A stretch of DNA of 64,000 bases from Eledone cirrhosa (taxonomy: Eukaryota): contig OZ024740.1 of the NCBI GenBank assembly GCA_964016885.1, positions 363,692,001-363,756,000 on the forward strand, in the 5' to 3' direction. This document shows, piece by piece, positions 26,394 through 40,314 of this stretch (position 1 is the first letter of the stretch; every line of letters begins with the position of its first letter). Made by a program: the position numbers and the translations under genes. The notes under the pieces are model-generated. The model worked only from the letters and a program-made list of their open reading frames with translations, did not search any database and had not been told where the DNA came from.

Positions 26394-29300
26394 TCATCAT
26401 TATCATCATCATCATCATTTTACGTCTGCTTTTTTCTGCTTGCAAGGGTTGGACGGGTCCTAATCAGCACAGCATTTGTCCACTTGTTATGGTCCTTCGT
26501 CATCTCCTCCGTGAGTTTCAGTGATCTGCGGTCTGCTCTCACCACCTCCACCCATGTGTTTCGTGGTCTACCTCTACTGCATCTTCACTCCACTGGGACT
26601 TCCTGGCATTTCTTCACCCAGCAGTCATCCTCCATGCACATCACATGTCCATACCATCTCAGCCTTCTCTCCTGCACACCACAACATATCCCTCTTATAC
26701 CCAGTTTCTCTCTCAACACATTTATGCTGGGTCGTTCATGCACATTTACACTGCACATCCGACGGAGCATACTTGCTTCATTTCTCTCCAGCCGTCGCAT
26801 ATCTTCTGCAGTTGCTGCCCATGTCTCACTACCATGCAGCATCACGCATCTCACACAGGCATCATATAACAGTCCTTTCGTACGCAGAGAGAAACCGTTC
26901 TTTGTCAACAGAGGAAGCAGCTCCCTAAACTTCTTCCAACCCGTCCTTATTCTAGATACTATTGCCCCAGAACACCCTCTCCCATGCTAATCTGATACCT
27001 AGGTACCAGAAGCTATCAACCACTTCTATAGAACCCACCTGCATTCGAAAAATGAGTCTATCACAGTGATTACAACTGCCAACTTTCCCTGTACATCTAC
27101 TGCATACGTAGTTTTACCTACCTGTTAGTTTGCCTGCTATCTCACTACATCTCTTGTGTACCCAAGATCTGCATTGCGTACATTTTATGGAATTTATGCC
27201 AGTTCGTTTCCTTCATATCGAACATGGCCATTTCCCTGATGGAATCAGAGTATTGTCCTCTCTTCTACTTATCAAGACTTTTGTTTTAGCTATGTTCACT
27301 CTCAGGCTTCTTGATTCCAACTGCTGTTTCCATAGCCAGAATTTATTCTTTGGCTCCTCTACTGATTCTGCTATAAGAACCATATCATCAACATAGAGAA
27401 GGTCCCATGGGCATCCAGTCTTAAACTCCTCTGTTATGGCTTGGAGGACTATAATGAACAAGAGTCGGTTGAGGACCGAACCTTGATGTACACCTACTTG
27501 TATCTGGAATTCCTCGCTAAACTCCATTCCTATTCTCACTTTGCTGACAGCACCCCTGTACATAGCTTGCACTGTCCTCGCAAGCCATTCCTCTACACCT
27601 AGTTTCCTTAGGGACCACCAGATGACAGATCGGGGTACCCTATCAAAGGCCTTCTCTAGATCAACAAAAGCTAAGTATAATGGCTCATTCTTCTCTAAGA
27701 ACCTCTCTTGTAGTTGCCTCACTAAGAAGAGGGCATCTGTTGTACTTTTCCGAGGCACAAAACCAAATTGCATCTCATCTAAATTGACCCTTTCTCTAAT
27801 CAGTTGCGCTAATATTCTCTCTGCCACTTTCATAACCTGATCCATCAGCTTTATGTCCCTATAATTGCTCCTCTCTAGAGAATCCCCATTACCTTTATAG
27901 CAATTTATGAGAATACTGCTGCACCAGTCTTTGGGTATGACACCACCATATATAGCTCGATTAATGATGCGTGCAACTAGTTTAGTGCCTACTTCTCCTG
28001 ATGCCTTCAGCATCTCAGCAACTATCCCCAATGGTCCAGAGCCCTACCATTCATTATTTCCTTAATTGCCTCTTGTACCCTATATTCGTCAATCTAAATA
28101 GCTGGTCACTCTGTCGGGTCTTCTGGGGGTAAATCATCTCTGTCCCATTTGTTCTCTACATTCATCAGTCTTTCATAATGACATTTCCAGGCCTCCTTCT
28201 TTTGATCATTCGTGACACTAAGTACACCAGCATTCCGGACATACTTATCTCCAACAACATCTTGATTTGCACTGACACACTGCCTTGCAATGCAGAACAC
28301 CGCACATCCCTGATCTTCCCATTGCAGAACATCAGCAAACCTCCTACTCTCAGCCTTCCTGCATGCTAAGTACACCTGATGTCTAGCTTCTCTCTTAGCG
28401 GATGTGTTTCTGTCTCTACTCCCACCATTTTTCCGAGCTTTCCATGCCAGTCTTTTGTCTCTAATGGCCCTATATACCATGCTGTTCCACCACCAGGTCA
28501 CTTTCTGTCTGGTTGAAGCTCTGCCCCAACCACAAGTTTCTTCTGTAGCCTGCAATAAGTTGTCATGCAAGAAATTCCAGTTATCATCTATGTCATACGA
28601 CTCTAAATCGTCTTTGTTTTCGTTGTACACATCTTGAAGGGCTTTGCTAAATTTATATTTTAATGAAAGGTCTTTTAGCTTCCAGACCTTTTTTTTCCAC
28701 ACCTTCCTGTATGTCTCATTCTTTCTCTTGCTTACTGAAATGTCACTAATGACTAACCTATGAACATAAGGTACATTTTTCCCCAGGGTATACCTTAGTA
28801 TTTGACACCATCCATGATGTCAAATACATCACTGTCTAACTAGCAGGAAGTCAATCTGACTTATGTGCTCGCCTGATTTGTAGGTTATTAGGTGGTTGGT
28901 AGGCTTCTGGAAGTTAGTGTTGCAAATGGTTAGTGCATTTGCATCACAAAATTCAAGAAGCCTCACTCCTTCTTCATTTCTTGAGCTGTAAACGTGCCCA
29001 CCATGTACCCCAGTGTATCTATCCTGGAGCTGTCCAACATGTCCATTGAAGTCTCCTGCTAGCATAACGATGTCTCTGTCCTCTATCATTGAGGCTGTCT
29101 GTAAAAGTTGCTCGTAAAAGGCATCTTTCTCTTCTTTACCTAGGCTTGCCTGGGGAGCATAGGCACAGATAATTGTCACTAGTCTCTTGCCTACAACTAA
29201 CCTAAGCTTAATTATTCTATTACTAACTCTAACTACCTCTATTGTCTTATTGATCCATCTCTCAGCCAGTAATATGTCCACCCCACCTAACCCATCATCA

Positions 29301-30160
29301 TTACCCACCCAGAAAAGCTTATATCTACGCTGTTTGCTTGCAATTAGTCTTGCAGAGGTATCTCTCCATCTCACCTCTTCCACACAGCACACATCCACAT
29401 GCCTTCTCTCCAGCATCTCTGCTATCTCACCAGATCTACCTGTTAGAGTGCCAACATTAAGTGTGGCAACTCTGAGATGCGACGTCCTGTTCTTTTTCCT
29501 GTTTGGCGATTGCTTGATGATGGTCGTGGGGTTCTCACACATGGCCACACTAGCCACCCCACTACCATGTGCAGCCTTAACATGGTTAGTGTTATTGCTG
29601 TTTATGCAGTTGTTTTGTGCGATTGCTTGATGACGGTCGGGGGTTCTTGCACATGGCCACACCAGCCACCCCACTACCGTGCACAGCCCTAACACGGTTA
29701 GTGTTATTGCTGTTGACGCAGTTGTTGCAATTCTTATTTGTTGTGCTCATAATTTTGGCATTTATTATACTGGTTGGATGCCCTTCCTAACACCAGCACC
29801 ACTTTACAGCATGGACTGGGTGCTTTTATTCGTGCCACCAGCACTCCAGCACTAGAGAAGTTGTCTTACTGGACTCAGGGGCCCTCTTTACCCCTCCATA
29901 TTACAGCATGGAATAGATGCTTTTATTCATGCCACCAGCACTAGAGAGGTCGTCTGACTGGACTTAGGGGCCCTATCCACCCCTCCATTTTACAGAATGG
30001 ACTGGGTATTTTTATTCGTGCTACCAGCACTAGGGAAGTTATCTTACTGGACTTAGGGTGCTTCTCTACCCCACACCAATTTATTCGGAGTGGTAGCTCT
30101 CCTAGACGAGTTGCCTACATTGCGGTTTACGAAGCCCCCGTCCGCCCCTTGTCTGTTCTA
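26394..30160 (-). mobile_element. Near full-length, frame-disrupted RTE LINE (family C): 5' UTR, AP endonuclease, RT, tail
   Basis: ORF 28829-29695 has APE motifs (ATLNVGTL, CAYAPQ, GDFNGHVG, SQIDF). ORF 27213-28031 has RT motifs (QFGF, AFVDLEKAFDRV, GVHQGS, YVDD). ORF 26585-26908 is the C-terminus. (CAT)n tail at the left end. Confidence 0.92.
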
Positions 30161-30500
30161 TGATATATTCACGAGGGAGTGGTTAGCATACAGCATCGGA
30201 GAACCATAATGCCTGATACATAGAATTTTTAACACAGTTGCAAGTCACATACACACAAATATAAATAACAAATATACAGCCATCTTTACGAAAAGTGAGA
30301 GCCGTAACGACTTCCACTTTTCGTACAAACTGTTGTTACACATAATATTTGAACATAATTTTGTAGATATGAAAAAATGTCTAATCTCAACATAATCAGA
30401 CATTTAGTTGTAAATATTTTAAGCTGTATTAATTTGCAATAGCACTAACACAGCATGACTCGACTCAGAATACAAGGGTACATGGACCCATGTGTATATA

Positions 30501-31232
30501 TCATCATCATCATCATCATCAACGTTTAACGTCCGTGTTCCACGCTTGCATGGGTTTGGACGGGGGTTTTCCCACTTGAGGCAAGAGTGATTGTCTAGCT
30601 CGCATAGAACTGTCTGGCAGGTTTTCTACAGTTGGATGCCCTTCCTAACACCAACCACATTTACAGTGTGGGTCTGGGAGGTTTTTACCATGTTGCCTAC
30701 ACGGCCACATTACAGCGTGGACTGTGTGTTTTTTTGTCGTGACACCTACACGATCTCATTTGTTTCGGCCTGGATGGTGTGGCACCAACATAACTTTACA
30801 TAGAAGGGGGCGGTGTGGATGGGGTGGGGGTGGTGGGACGGGGGTGTATTTTGTTAGAGATGCCTACTGACTGTAGTAGGTTTTACTTTGTATTTAGGTA
30901 AGGCGGGTCTTCTCTATTACTGAGTACCGCCAAAGGTCTCGGTCCAGTGACATTGTCTTGGTGAGGTGTAAGTGTGTGAGGTCGGAGTTTATCAGCTCAT
31001 CCCAGGTTTTTCTGGGTCTGCCTATTCCGTGGCTACCGTCTATCTTTATTGCCCTGCACTTTGTTATACAGCTATCGTCCTTCATGCGCATTACGTGACC
31101 ATACCAACGCAGCCTTCTCTCGAGTAGACAACATCTGATCCCTCTTATTTTTAATTTTTTCCTTAGTTCGTTTATGCTTTGTCGTTCACGTATATTACTA
31201 TTACACATCCAGCGGAGCATGCAAGCTTCGTT
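30501..31232 (-). mobile_element. RTE LINE 3' fragment (family B)
   Basis: ORF 30894-31220 RRLRWYGHV..GRPRKTW; (CAT)n tail; near-identical to the two copies below. Confidence 0.9.
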
Positions 31233-31398
31233 TATATATATATATATATATATACGTATATGCTAGCATGGAAAAATGGACGTTAAACGGTGATGATGAT
31301 GATATATATATATATATATATATTGTGGATCATGCTATGTTAATGCTATCACTAAACAGCTTTTCTTTATAAACTGATTTCTTTTTTTTTCTCTGCAG

Positions 31399-31554
31399 AT
31401 TTTAATTCAACAATATCCTGTGATTTTGAGGATAAAGGCATTTGTGGTTTCAAACCAAATTCGCATTTGAAGAAAACCTGGGTTTGGCATCAAGGCAGTA
31501 CACCAAGCTTCGAAACAGGACCTTTGTTTGATCATACTTACAAATCTAACAAAG
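31399..31554 (+). CDS. MAM gene exon 13 (MAM5 N-terminus; phase 1-1)
   Basis: ctgcag|AT...AAAG|gtattt; ISCDFEDKGICGF..W..GSTPSFETGPLFDHT. Confidence 0.92.
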
Positions 31555-32046
31555 GTATTTCACTTAAATTTATTGAGGCTAAAAGCTATTATATGTAAAT
31601 ACAATAAATTTGTCTTATCAGGCTTAACTCCCTTCTTTATCGATTTTCAAATGTCATCGAGTAATTTTCTCATCATATTACTTTTACAGTCTTAATTATT
31701 AAAGCAATTTACTTTATTAGTTTTTGTGAACTGATAATTTGTAATCACCCTTATAGTTGAGTGTATTGGTATTTCATTTAATATATACACTATGCACACT
31801 ACAGTTGAGTATGTTGGAATTTCCTTTGATATATATACTTAATGTACACTATTATTTCCCAGTTTGGATTCTTCTCCAACTCAATTTCCTGGGATTTTTT
31901 CAACAAATAATGCCAATGTCTTATATAATGCCAATGTCTTATATAAATATGTTGTTGTTGTTGTTGTTATACCTCTGTTGGTTCTAAGGCTGAGTGTCCC
32001 AGTTGTTTGAACAACAGACATATCTGCTCATGAAATTAACATGTAA

Positions 32047-33370
32047 GTCCTGCAGGCAATAACGGAGGAGTTTAAGACCGGATGCCCATGGGAACTCCTG
32101 TATGCTGATGACCTCGCACTCATAGCTGAATCTATGGTAGAACTAGAGAATAAATTCCAAACTTGGAAGCAGGGACTAGAAAGAAAGGGTCTCAAAGTCA
32201 ACATGACAAAGACTAAGGTCCTTGTAAGTAGACGAGAAAACAGAACCCAGATCCCCTCAGGGAAATGGCCTTGCTCAGTATGTAGGAAAGGTGTAGGTAG
32301 GAACTCTATTCTCTGCCCCAAATGCAAACAATGGGTACACAAGAGATGTAGCGGGATCTCAGGAAGCTTAATTAAGAATGTAGGCTTCACATGCAGCAGC
32401 TGTGCTGGGACAGCAAGCAGCAAACAGCCACAGGAAACAAGTACCACCAATCTCTGGGAGGGCTCTGTAGAAACAGTAGACAGCTTCTGCTACCTAGGTG
32501 ACCGAATTAGCAGCGGAGGTGGGTGTTCAGAAAGTACAATAACTAGGGTAAGAACGGGATGGAAGAAGTTTAGGGAACTACTACCACTGCTAGCTGCAAA
32601 AGGCTTCTCCCTCAGAATGAAAGGCAGACTGTATGATGCGTGTATCCGAACAGCAATGTTGCATGGTAGTGAGACCTGGGCACTGAAGGTGGAAGACTTA
32701 CGTAGATTAGAGAGAAATGAAGCCTGCATGCTCCGATGGATGTGTAACAGTAATATACGTGAACGACAAAGCATAAATGAATTGAGAGAGAGACTAAGCA
32801 TAAGAGGAATCAAATGCTGTGTGCAGGAGAGATGGTTGCGCTGGTATGGACATGTGATGCGTATGAAGGATGACAGCTGCATAAAAAGGTGCAGAGCACT
32901 AGAAGTTGATGGAACCCGCGGAGTGGGGAGACCCAAGATGACCTGGGATGAGGTGATAAAAGCCGACCTTACCCAATTACACCTCTCCAAGGCAATGACA
33001 CACGACCGTGACCTCTGGCGTCACGCAGTAATACAGAGTACCCGACCTCCCATGGGTACAAGCTGAAGCATATAGACAATATGCCCCCACACCCTCCACC
33101 ACAAGGTGGTCGTGGAGGTACCACGGCAAAAAAGCACCCAGCCCACACTGTAAAGTGGACGTGTAGGCGCCACGAAAAAGCACCCAGCACTCACTGTAAA
33201 TGAGGTTGGCGTTAGGAAGAGCATCCAGCTCTAGAAATCAAGCCAAATCAGTTCCTATATGAGCAAGGCATGGTCAGCCGACCAGACACTGCCCACAACA
33301 GGACAACCCGTCTAACCCATGCTAGCGTGGAAGAACGGACGTAAAACGGTGATGATGATGATGATGATGA
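32047..33370 (+). mobile_element. 5'-truncated RTE-clade LINE (family A), close paralog of 2319-3749
   Basis: ORF 32134-33066 is nearly identical to 2519-3451; same 3' UTR and (GAT)n tail. Confidence 0.92.
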
Positions 33371-33841
33371 AGTAGCTGAGAATTCCACAGACATCTTTTC
33401 CCTTTACATTGTTCTCTGGGATACTCAGCATGACACAGTGTGTGACAAAGTTGTGACAGTCTAACTTGTATAATAATGTAAATGGCTGAGTATTCCACAG
33501 ACATCTTCACCCTGAATGTAGTTCTTGTGAAGATTCAACATGACACAGTGTGTGACAAGCTGGCTCTTTGAATTACATGTACTCATTTTTAACTAATGTG
33601 ACTGGAGTAATTTGAAATAAAGCTTCTTCTTCAAGAACATATTATGCTGTCAGAAATCACTCATGACCTTATGGCTAGTGAGCCAAGTGCCCTAACCACT
33701 AAGCCACACACCTTCACACGAATAAATATATCTCTATCCTTATCTAAAGAGAAACAACAAATACTACTTTTAATTACTTTGGTTACATAGTGCCTTTTTA
33801 CTCCAGAAACATTAAACTGAACTTATCTTTTACTATTGCAG

Positions 33842-34024
33842 GTCATTATATGTTTGTTGAGGGTAGTAATACAAAACCAAATTCCAAAGCACAACTCTTA
33901 TCACCAGTTATCAATCTAAACAGTTCTTCATGTGTTCAATTTTACTTCAATATGAGAGGAAATGTTGGAATGCTTACACTTTATCTCTTGGCAGGAAAAA
34001 AATCATTTCTTTGGAATAGATTTG
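33842..34024 (+). CDS. MAM gene exon 14 (MAM5; phase 1-1)
   Basis: ttgcag|GT...TTTG|gtaagt; GHYMFVEGS..AQLLSPV..SCVQFYFNMRG. Confidence 0.92.
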
Positions 34025-35276
34025 GTAAGTAAGAATTTACAGTTGTTATCAAAAGAATTAACTTTTTTGATGTGAAGACATGTGGTCTAATGGTTAAGAA
34101 GTTGGCCTCATGACCATGAACTCATGGGCTCAATTCCTGAACCAGCCAGTATATTGTGTTCTTGCACGAAACACTTTATTTCACATTGTTTTTCACAATA
34201 AGACTGGGACAATATCATTAGAACAACCCCAAAACATTTCCTATGTTGCACTCTAAATGTAACTAAACCTTATAAAGGGCGCACTATAAATTTCATTTCA
34301 TTTTTTCAACACTACACAATCTGAAATAGCGCCTGGTTCCACGATACATATCTATTTATTTTAAAGTGATTGTATTTATTCAAAAATCTTCCACAATAAA
34401 CACCAGCTTGTTAATAAGAAAATATATTATATTACTAAATCTTTCCAAATTCTGTATAATTTTCAAAATTATTTGTAAATCATAGGAACTTTTTTCATTA
34501 TAATTTTATGTAGGAACTATTTTTATTTTCTAAACACCAGCATAATAATGAGAAAGTTAGTGATATTATTAAATCTCTCTAAATCTTGTATTATTTTCAA
34601 AGTTATTTGAAAATCATAGGCAGTGTATTTAATCAGAAAAGGGTTAAAGAATATAGTCTATTATTCTTTTACTGGTTTTAGTCATTAAACCACTACCATG
34701 CTGATACACAGCCTTAAATGGATTTAGTTGGTCATATCAACTCCAATATTTATTTTTTTCAAATTTGTTACATACAGTATTTGATGGCATATCTTATATG
34801 AAAGATTGAGTTGTCGGGTATACTAATGTATTTTTCCTAATATTTCCTGATGAAATGAGGTAAGTAAGGGAGCGGGGGTCTTGTATGTGTATGCAGCATG
34901 GCTGAATGGTTAAGAAATTCACTTTGCTATGATTAGGTCCTGAGTTCAATCTTTCTGTGTGAATTCTTGTGCAAGTATCATTTACCATGCTTTGTGAGTG
35001 AAACTGGGTAGACGGGAATTGTTTGGAAGCTCATTGAATAGATTGAACTTGAAATTCAATTGTCCAGCATGGTCAAACACTGTCACACTAAATCTCACTG
35101 AGAGAATTACATTAAAGTTACACGTGTCTGTGGAAAGCTCAATCACTTAACCATTCATTTCACAAACAAATGGAACACTCATAATTGAAACCAATGAAGT
35201 TCTATCAATCAATTGATCAAATACACTATATTATCAATCTCTTTTTTAAATTTTATCCCGGTTTTATTTATTCTAG

Positions 35277-35429
35277 GACATCAACATTCGAACTGGCAGC
35301 TAACATCAGTTCAAATAAATACAGATCAGCATTATCAGATTATTTTCCAAGCCATTATTGGTGGTAAACATGATGGAGATATTGCCATAGATGACTTTAA
35401 AGTACATAGTGGTCAGTGCAAAAAGCAAG
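35277..35429 (+). CDS. MAM gene exon 15 (MAM5 C-terminus; phase 1-1)
   Basis: ttctag|GA...CAAG|gtaatt; GHQHSNW..YQIIFQA..GDIAIDDFKVHSGQC. Confidence 0.92.
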
Positions 35430-35719
35430 GTAATTTTTTCGTTTAGTTTTTAATATTTCTAATATTTTCTAAAAAGTCCAAAATATATATAAAAGAGAGA
35501 AAAAAATGTTATTCATTGAAAATGTCATATTCAGTTATATATATTTACAAACAGGAAGAAAAAAAAAAAGAAAAAATAACAAACAAACAGGGGGATGAAT
35601 AAAAAAAGGAATGCAATGGTGTGAATTTAATATATTTTTCCCTACCCCAAAATTGTTGGCCTTATGCCAAAAGTAGAAACAATTATGATTTTGTTATCCA
35701 ATTGTAAATATCATTTCAG

Positions 35720-35851
35720 GAAACTGTAACTTTGAAGATGGAATTTGTGATTGGGAAATGTCAAGTGAAAATGATTTTGATTGGATTATTCAGAAAGCTA
35801 CTAGACTTTCACAAAGATCAGGCCCTATCACAGACCACACACGGAAACAAG
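35720..35851 (+). CDS. MAM gene exon 16 (MAM6 N-terminus; phase 1-1)
   Basis: tttcag|GA...CAAG|gtaagt; GNCNFEDGICDW..DFDW..SGPITDHT. Confidence 0.92.
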
Positions 35852-36319
35852 GTAAGTTAATAGCAATATTTAATATATCAAACCTTATTACAGACCATAC
35901 AGAGACACAAAGTTAGTTTATTTTATGGGTGACCCTTAATTGGACCCACACAACACATGCCAGAACTGCTTATTATCTCCATCAATGGAAAATGAAAGAC
36001 AGCCCAGCATGTGACTGTGGGGACCTTGACCAGGAAGTGCTGCATGTTGTATGGTATTGCCCCTCAGACATTTTCTTGGCAGCCTAGAGGCAATCCAGAA
36101 TACTACAAATCATGCCTTTCTGGCTCACTGTCCTTGAAGAGATCAGTGAGCCAGACTAAGGCATATAATCCATTTTCTGCTGTTTTCGTAGTGTGTAGCC
36201 ATCTGAAGATGTTCTATTGTTTGCTGTTGCTCAATTTACATGACTTCTTAGTATTGAAGTAAGGACTTGATTCTTCCAGGATTTTCCATTTAATGGAAAA
36301 ACATGCCTAAATATGAAAG

Positions 36320-36321
<2 letters not shown>

Positions 36322-36374
<53 letters not shown>

Positions 36375-36445
36375 ATGTATGTATGTATGTATGTATGTAT
36401 GTATGTATGTATGTATGTATGTATGTATGCATGTATGTATGTATG
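36322..36445. repeat. (TA)n + (TATG)n compound microsatellite
   Basis: Read directly from the sequence. Confidence 0.97.
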
Positions 36446-36602
36446 CCATCCAGCCAAGGGTATAAAGCTTGCCCTCTTCCCCATTTCTGCCCTTTGATAC
36501 TATGATATTATATATGTATTTTAAAAATACCATCCAAACATAAAATGACTAAGCAGATTCCATTTTTAAGTTAATTAATAATTTTCTAAACTATTTCTCA
36601 AG

Positions 36603-36853
36603 GTCACTATCTTTTGGCCAAATCCAACAATGACCAAGCTGGGAGTGTTTCTAAATTAGTCAGCACAGATTTTGATCCAACATCGGTGAACTGTTTACAT
36701 TTATGGTATAATATATATGGTAAAACTCCAGCTACACTGACAATTTATAAACAGGCAGAAAATACAAGTATTTTGTGGCAGCTTAGAAATGAGTATGAAG
36801 GCAATTGGAAAGAAGCACGTGTTCCAGTATCAAATACTTCCGAAGTGTTTTCA
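36603..36853 (+). CDS. MAM gene exon 17 (MAM6 core; phase 1-0)
   Basis: ctcaag|GT...TCA|gtaagt; GHYLLAK..KLVS..NCLHLWYNIYG..GNWKEARV. Confidence 0.9.
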
Positions 36854-37867
36854 GTAAGTTCTTGTCTTCTACTTTCACTTTAACCCTTCTGATACAAGCC
36901 TGCCTAAGAAGGCCCCAAGTTCTATCATACAAAGCCTACTGTTTTAACATATTCATATTCAAATTAAAACCTTCCAACAGCATAATTTTCTAACCATCAG
37001 ATTAATAATGAAAACATTAATTATTTTATTAAATTCCTCCAAATTATTGATTATTTTCAAAATTAATACATATAGAAATGCTGTGTATTTCAGTAGAAAT
37101 ATGGTAAGGAAAAAGTTAATGAAACAAAACTTCATTCACTGTCATACAAGTCATGAATCGGACAAATCAATGTAGCATTTACCTTTTATATTCATGTAAA
37201 AGATGATTCCAAATTTTGATTTTTACTTGTATCTCATGCAAAAATTGACCCTAGTTATTCATGGACAACAGATCAATATTTGGGAATCAAGGTTTTATCT
37301 TAAACATAAATGTTATGATGAGGAAATTGATTTTTCTACTTTATGATGTACAGGAATGAAAATAGTTATAAGAGCTACATGGTCTTATTTGATAGTATGA
37401 AACGTATTTTGTTATGCAGAAACATTGGTATTATTACTGTAATTCATTGCTTTACTTTTATTTTGGGCTTCTACTTATTGACACAGTATTGGGATTGTAG
37501 TGTAAATTTCAGCCCATTGAAAGTAATATCTGTGAAATTGTTAATCCCATAGATTTAACTTTAAAATATTGTAAAAAAAATAATCAACTTTTACATGAGT
37601 ATATATAGTATATGTCTATATATGACTATATATGATATATATGTTTATGCATGAATATATGCAGTATAAGTATATACAGGAGTATATATGGTATGTGTAT
37701 ATATAGTATTTATCTATAGATAAGTAAATTCAGTATGTGTCTGTTCATGAATATATATAGTGTTTGTATATATATATACAACCCATGCAAGCGTGGAAGA
37801 TGGACGTTAAACGATGATGATGATATATATAGTCCCACCCTTGTAAGAAGGGAAAAGCGGACGTAAA

Positions 37868-37902
<35 letters not shown>

Positions 37903-38142
37903 ATACATTAATGCATATGGTATGTGCCTATACATGTGTATAAATTTTATATGTCTATACAAAAGTATATATGGAATGTGTATATACATGAGTATTTAGC
38001 AGTAGCACTAACATAATATGATTCATAATAGAGGTGTATATAAAAGCTTATACAATGTGTTTATGTATAATAAATATATAAATGCCTTGCTACAAATATT
38101 TTAAGTTGTGAGCCTGCCTCAGCTATCTCAGTAGCTGTGTGA

Positions 38143-38193
38143 AAATACCAGACGCTAGCATTTCAGGATTTCTATCCATCATCAGTGATGTTT
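38143..38193 (-). ncRNA. Type I minimal hammerhead ribozyme motif (family H2)
   Basis: Minus strand reads AAACAUCA-CUGAUGA-U-GGAU-AGAA-AUCC-U-GAAA-UGCUAGCG-UC-UGGUAUUU; stem III is near-palindromic. Confidence 0.78.
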
Positions 38194-38468
38194 ACTTACT
38201 CCATTCTGTGACTAGGATAAGCTGTAGCTTTAATACTTTTTACAAATGAAATATGTGTTGCTGATGCTCCATCTGCCTATAGTTTGAAAAGCTAGAATTA
38301 ATTATCAGCAACAGTAATGTATCATAATAGAATCATAGTGAATCATAATAGAGGTGTATATGAAGGTTTATATAAGTTTATGTATAATAAATATTCTCAT
38401 ATATTTATTTGTTAATTATTCGAATTATTTATTCATTCAATAAAAGCTTGATTTCTTTATCTATATAG

Positions 38469-38550
38469 ATTGTAATTGAAGTTACATCTGGCAAATCAAG
38501 TTATGTGGCTATTGATGACACACGTTTTGACAAGATGCATGACTGTCCAC
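38469..38550 (+). CDS. MAM gene exon 18 (MAM6 C-terminus; phase 0-1)
   Basis: atatag|ATT...CCAC|gtaagt; IVIEVTSGKSSYVAIDDTRFDKMHDCP. Confidence 0.88.
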
Positions 38551-40314
38551 GTAAGTAATTTTAATATTTCATGTAGAGCAGGGATTTTCAAACTGCAGAT
38601 CCCAACACATTAATGCATTGCAAAATAAATAAAAGGAGTTATGGTACATAAGTATATTGAGTCACAATACAAAATGCTCTTACTGGGGGTTACAGTAAAA
38701 GAAAAAGTATGAAAAACACTAACTTAAATCATTTCCTCTCTTAACATAACTTACATAAGCCAATAAGAATATCATTAAAAATAACAGCCAAATCACCTTC
38801 AAATCACACCCCACTGTCCTTAAAAAGGAATACATTGCATAATGTAGTCCTGGATACATTGTCTGAAAAAATAAGCAGTGTAGTCATAACAAGAAAATCT
38901 TTGATCATAAGGTTGATATATCAGGGATTAAACAACCAGACCTTTGCAAAAATAACAGCAACATCATACCATCAACACATTGAGCTAAAAATGCATCATC
39001 TACAAAAGATCTTTATTTATTTCCAGTACATAGTAATTGGTTAGTATTCTTTACTTCACTCTTTTGATACTAATCCACCTTGGTCTAATACAAAGATATG
39101 TCTAGTGAAGTTATTATATTTATCAAAAACCCTTTCATCATAATATTATTTAAAAAAAACCCTGTTAAGCTATATTCTAAACACCAACTTAATAATAAAA
39201 AAGTTAGTTCATCATCATTATCATCATCATTTAACATCCATTTCCCTATTAGCAAGGATTAGATGGATCATCACAGACCAAGTCAACACTCAAGCAGAGT
39301 TACTGACCTCTCAGATTGGATGGGGGCCTACATCTTTCTTCCACACGTTCCCATGCTAATACTGTTTACATACATTACTTATATTTTTTCTAAATCCCTC
39401 AAAATTCTTGAATTTTCAGAATTATTTGGAAATCATAGGGAATGACTTTTATTAGAAATATGGCAACAAAAGGGTTGGTTAAAACTCTTCCACCACAATT
39501 TTATAAAAAATCCTTTGTTAGGTTATGTCCCCAAATAATGAGAAATTTAGTTGTATTACAGAATCCCTCCAAATTTTTTATTACTTTCAAAATTATTTGA
39601 AAATCATCGGTAGTGTCTTTTATTAAAACTATGGTAACAAAAGAGTTAATAGGTAATTCTATACCTTATTGAAGTTTATCCAACTGCTTCATTATTGATG
39701 AATAATTTTGTAAAATACAAAACCAAATTATTCATCAATTAATTAATAAATGTATTGTTGTTGCAGCATTCACTCATCATGATATATCAACACTACTTTA
39801 ACCCTTTTGTTCCTATATTTCTAATGATATTGCATATGATTTTCAAATAATTTTGAATATAATCAGGAATTTAGAGGGATTTAGTAATATAACTAACTTT
39901 CTCATTATTAAGCTGGTGTTTGGAACATAACTTAAAGATTCTTGCAGAAAATTCTTATTATTGGTTTTCCAGCATGGATAAAATGGATGTTAAATGATGA
40001 TAGTGATGAAAAACATTTTAAAATAAACAGCTTTGTATCATAAAACCAGGGAGGATTTCTGGCAGTTTGGCATCAAAAGGGATACTATTTTTGTTCTTCA
40101 ATAAATTCAAAGTAGGTGTGCTGATGTCATGATAAAATGCACCCAGTAAATACTGTAAAGTGGTTGGTATTAGGAAGGTCATCTAGCCCTAGGAACTATT
40201 ACAGAAGGAAGAATATGAATGAGACATGATTTTCTGACCTGTCTAGTCTCTGAACATGAATGACAGTGATGATGAGGATGATATTCCTTAACTAATTATT
40301 TTGTATGTTCTCAG

